Of a DNA stretch of 64,000 nucleotides, positions 61,644-64,000 are shown in pieces. The position numbers were made by a program, and so were the translations under genes. Numbering within the stretch: the first letter of the stretch is position 1; each line of letters begins with the position of its first letter. The notes under the pieces were generated by a model that was not told the origin of the DNA, searched no databases, and saw only the letters and a list, made by a program, of their open reading frames with translations. The stretch is from Obrimoposthia wandeli (Eukaryota). The stretch spans positions 1 through 64,000 of the forward strand of contig CDROCS010005135.1 in the NCBI GenBank assembly GCA_977020255.1, in the 5' to 3' direction.

Positions 61644-62612
61644 ATGAATAACATAAATAAAATCACTCTTTCCTTACTAGCTCTGGCACTTACTACTACT
61701 GCAGTGCAAGCAGAAACAATACTTAAAATGGGCTTGCAGGCCAATGTTGGCTCGGTTGAATATGATTCAGCAAAAATACTATCAGACAAAATTTCAGAGC
61801 TAAGCGACGGTGAAATGAAGCTCTTATTATACCCAGGCGCACAACTTGGCGATGATCGAGCGATGCTACAACAATTAAGTATGGGTGATCTTGATATAAC
61901 GTTTGCTGAATTCGGCAGAATGGGGTTATGGATTCCTCGTGCTGAAGCCGTGATGTTACCTTACGTCGTGAAAAATTACGCGCATATTCAACGTATTTTT
62001 AATTCTAAATTTGGTCAAGGTGTGCGTGAAGAAATGCTAACCAACTTTAATTGGCGAGCATTAGATACTTGGTATAACGGAACGCGCCAAACGTCTTCAA
62101 ATCGCCCTTTAAACACTATTTCTGATTTTGAGGGATTAAAGCTACGAGTGCCAAATGCGAAAGCAAACTTGGCATTTGCGAAATATGCAGGTGCATCACC
62201 GACACCAATGGCATTTTCAGAAGTTTACTTAGCGTTGCAAACCAATGCCGTTGATGGTCAGGAAAATCCGCTACCTACATTTAATACCATGAAGTTTTAT
62301 GAGGTGCAGCCAAACTTGGCAATGACCAATCATATTGTAAATGATCAAATGGTACTAATTAGTGAAGGCCGTTGGCAGAGTTTAAATAAAGATCAGCAAG
62401 CGATTATCACTGAAGCGGTCAGTGTTGCAGGTAAACGACATACGAACTTTGTAAACAATCAAGAGAAAGAACTGATTACATTCTTTAAAGCGGAGGGGGT
62501 CAATATTACATACCCTGATCTAGCACCTTTCCGAGAAGCAATGCTGCCAATTTATAAAGACTTTGATAAGAAAATAGGCAAGCAGCTAGTTGAAGAGCTA
62601 AGCGATATTTAA
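61644..62612 (+). CDS. siaP: TRAP sialic acid-binding periplasmic protein
   Basis: LYPGAQLGDDRAM, YNGTRQTSSN, GLKLRVP, FSEVYLALQTNAVDGQENP. Confidence 0.93.
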   Translation: MNNINKITLSLLALALTTTAVQAETILKMGLQANVGSVEYDSAKILSDKISELSDGEMKLLLYPGAQLGDDRAMLQQLSMGDLDITFAEFGRMGLWIPRAEAVMLPYVVKNYAHIQRIFNSKFGQGVREEMLTNFNWRALDTWYNGTRQTSSNRPLNTISDFEGLKLRVPNAKANLAFAKYAGASPTPMAFSEVYLALQTNAVDGQENPLPTFNTMKFYEVQPNLAMTNHIVNDQMVLISEGRWQSLNKDQQAIITEAVSVAGKRHTNFVNNQEKELITFFKAEGVNITYPDLAPFREAMLPIYKDFDKKIGKQLVEELSDI

Positions 62613-62706
62613 TACCAACATAACCTGATATCTGAACGCTTATTTATTCAGGTTGGTATAACTACCGTCTGGTCGGTGCTAAGCCGACCAAGACTAGGAG
62701 TCTGTA

Positions 62707-63219
62707 ATGTTTCGTAAGATCATTGATAATATTGAAGAAATAATCACTGTTCCTCTTATGATTGCTCTACTGTGTATTCTAACTTGGCAAATATCCTCGC
62801 GTTGGTTGTTTGACTCTCCGTCATTGTGGAGTGAGGAGCTTGCACGAGTTCTTTTTTTGCATATGGCAATCATTGGGGGAGCAATAGCCATTAAGAAAGA
62901 TGACCATGTAAAAATCACTTTTTTTTCTGACAAACTGCCGCGGAATTTTCGTTATAGCCTGCTATTTGCTTTAGAGTTATTAGTGCTGATTACGATTGTT
63001 GCGATGATCTATTATGGATACGCACATGTTCAACGTACCGCTTTTTTCGAATTAATTACGCTTGGTATCTCTAGCTCTTGGATGACTTATGCATTGCCTG
63101 TTGGCGGATGCTTTATGTTAGTGAGGCAATGCCAAAAACTGTATTTTGTATTAATTGATTGGCGTATTAATGAAAATAAAAATACATCCCATCTTACTGC
63201 CTGTGACATTAATGAATAA
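62707..63219 (+). CDS. siaQ: TRAP small permease subunit
   Basis: WSEELARVLF, DHVKITFF, four TMs. Confidence 0.9.
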   Translation: MFRKIIDNIEEIITVPLMIALLCILTWQISSRWLFDSPSLWSEELARVLFLHMAIIGGAIAIKKDDHVKITFFSDKLPRNFRYSLLFALELLVLITIVAMIYYGYAHVQRTAFFELITLGISSSWMTYALPVGGCFMLVRQCQKLYFVLIDWRINENKNTSHLTACDINE

Positions 63220-63228
63220 GGATTTTTC

Positions 63229-64000
63229 ATGTTTACATCCATAGTGGGCTGGCTAGGGCTTCTTTTTGCAGGTATGCCAGTAGGGTTCTCTTTAATATTT
63301 ATTGGTCTTGCTTTTTTAGTCTTAACAGAAAGTACTGGAATAAATTTTGCCGCTCAGCAAATGATTGGAGGCTTGGATAATTTCACATTGCTTGCTGTAC
63401 CTTTTTTTGTATTAACTGGGCACCTAATGAATAGTGCTGGTATTACAGAACGTATATTTAATTTTGCTAAAGCAATGGTAGGACATATAACGGGTAGTTT
63501 AGGCCATGTAAATATTTTGGCGAGTTTGTTGTTTTCTGGTATGTCGGGATCGGCATTGGCTGATGCTGGTGGTCTTGGTCAGCTTGAAATCAAATCGATG
63601 AGAGATGCGAAATACGATGATGACTTTGCCGGTGGCTTAACTGCGGCATCCTGTATTATTGGCCCTTTAGTACCACCATCGATTCCTCTTGTTATTTATG
63701 GTGTTGTGTCTAACACCTCAATTGGTGCGTTATTTCTTGCTGGTGCAATACCGGGATTATTATGTTGTATTGCCTTGTGTATCATGACGTATTTTATCGC
63801 GAAGAAACGTGGTTATATGACGTTACCTCGTGCATCGAGAAAAGAAAGATTAATCGCATTTAGAGATGCATTCTTATCTTTATTAACGCCGTTTATTATT
63901 ATCGGTGGTATTTTTTCTGGTAAATTCACCCCGACTGAAGCAGCTATTATTTCGTCGTTATATGCACTATTTCTAGGTACTGTTGTATATAAATCTTTAA
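63229..64000 (+). CDS. siaM: TRAP large permease subunit (truncated by window end)
   Basis: Manual translation MFTSIVGWLGLLFAGMPVGFS..LLAVPFFVLTG..FSGMSGSALAD..PPSIP..GALFLAG. Confidence 0.92.
   Translation, partial: MFTSIVGWLGLLFAGMPVGFSLIFIGLAFLVLTESTGINFAAQQMIGGLDNFTLLAVPFFVLTGHLMNSAGITERIFNFAKAMVGHITGSLGHVNILASLLFSGMSGSALADAGGLGQLEIKSMRDAKYDDDFAGGLTAASCIIGPLVPPSIPLVIYGVVSNTSIGALFLAGAIPGLLCCIALCIMTYFIAKKRGYMTLPRASRKERLIAFRDAFLSLLTPFIIIGGIFSGKFTPTEAAIISSLYALFLGTVVYKSL

Noticed and set aside
1-64000. CRISPR arrays, rRNA genes, integron attC arrays and IS transposases
   Set aside because: I saw no regularly spaced repeats, rRNA signatures or transposase motifs

Overview
Vibrionaceae chromosomal window; gene content and sequence style suggest Photobacterium, probably P. 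profundum-like (inference). Left to right: yehS-like gene; a group II intron with a frameshifted RT, inserted just after a terminator; thiE-thiM, asnS, a 946-aa lipoprotein, queE, mlc, a Lon-N domain gene and the bioA/bioBFCD operon. Downstream of bioD is a ~13.5-kb tailless PM2/corticovirus-like prophage (17004-30498) bounded by a 19-bp att repeat. It encodes a double-jelly-roll-type major capsid protein, a packaging ATPase, P3/P4/P5/P7/P8/P10-like proteins, a P2 gpA-type rolling-circle Rep, a Cox-like protein, a Mu-type-HTH/S24 repressor and a P2-type integrase. It also carries an AT-rich moron with its own promoter and terminator (candidate anti-phage nuclease), and its vertex genes are heavily frameshifted. 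Just outside attR is a ~430-bp inverted relic of a second, diverged element of the same type. The rest is UspA/SulP, htpX, MFS, LysR/RND efflux, an FAD oxidoreductase, an ABC exporter, a MocR regulator with a DMT transporter, tRNA-Ser(UGA) with a duplicated 3' end, and a sialic acid cluster (nanA, RpiR-type regulator, nanE, nanK, SSS transporter, YhcH, siaPQM) with a repeated palindromic operator. All family assignments come from motif recognition and recall; no database searches were run.
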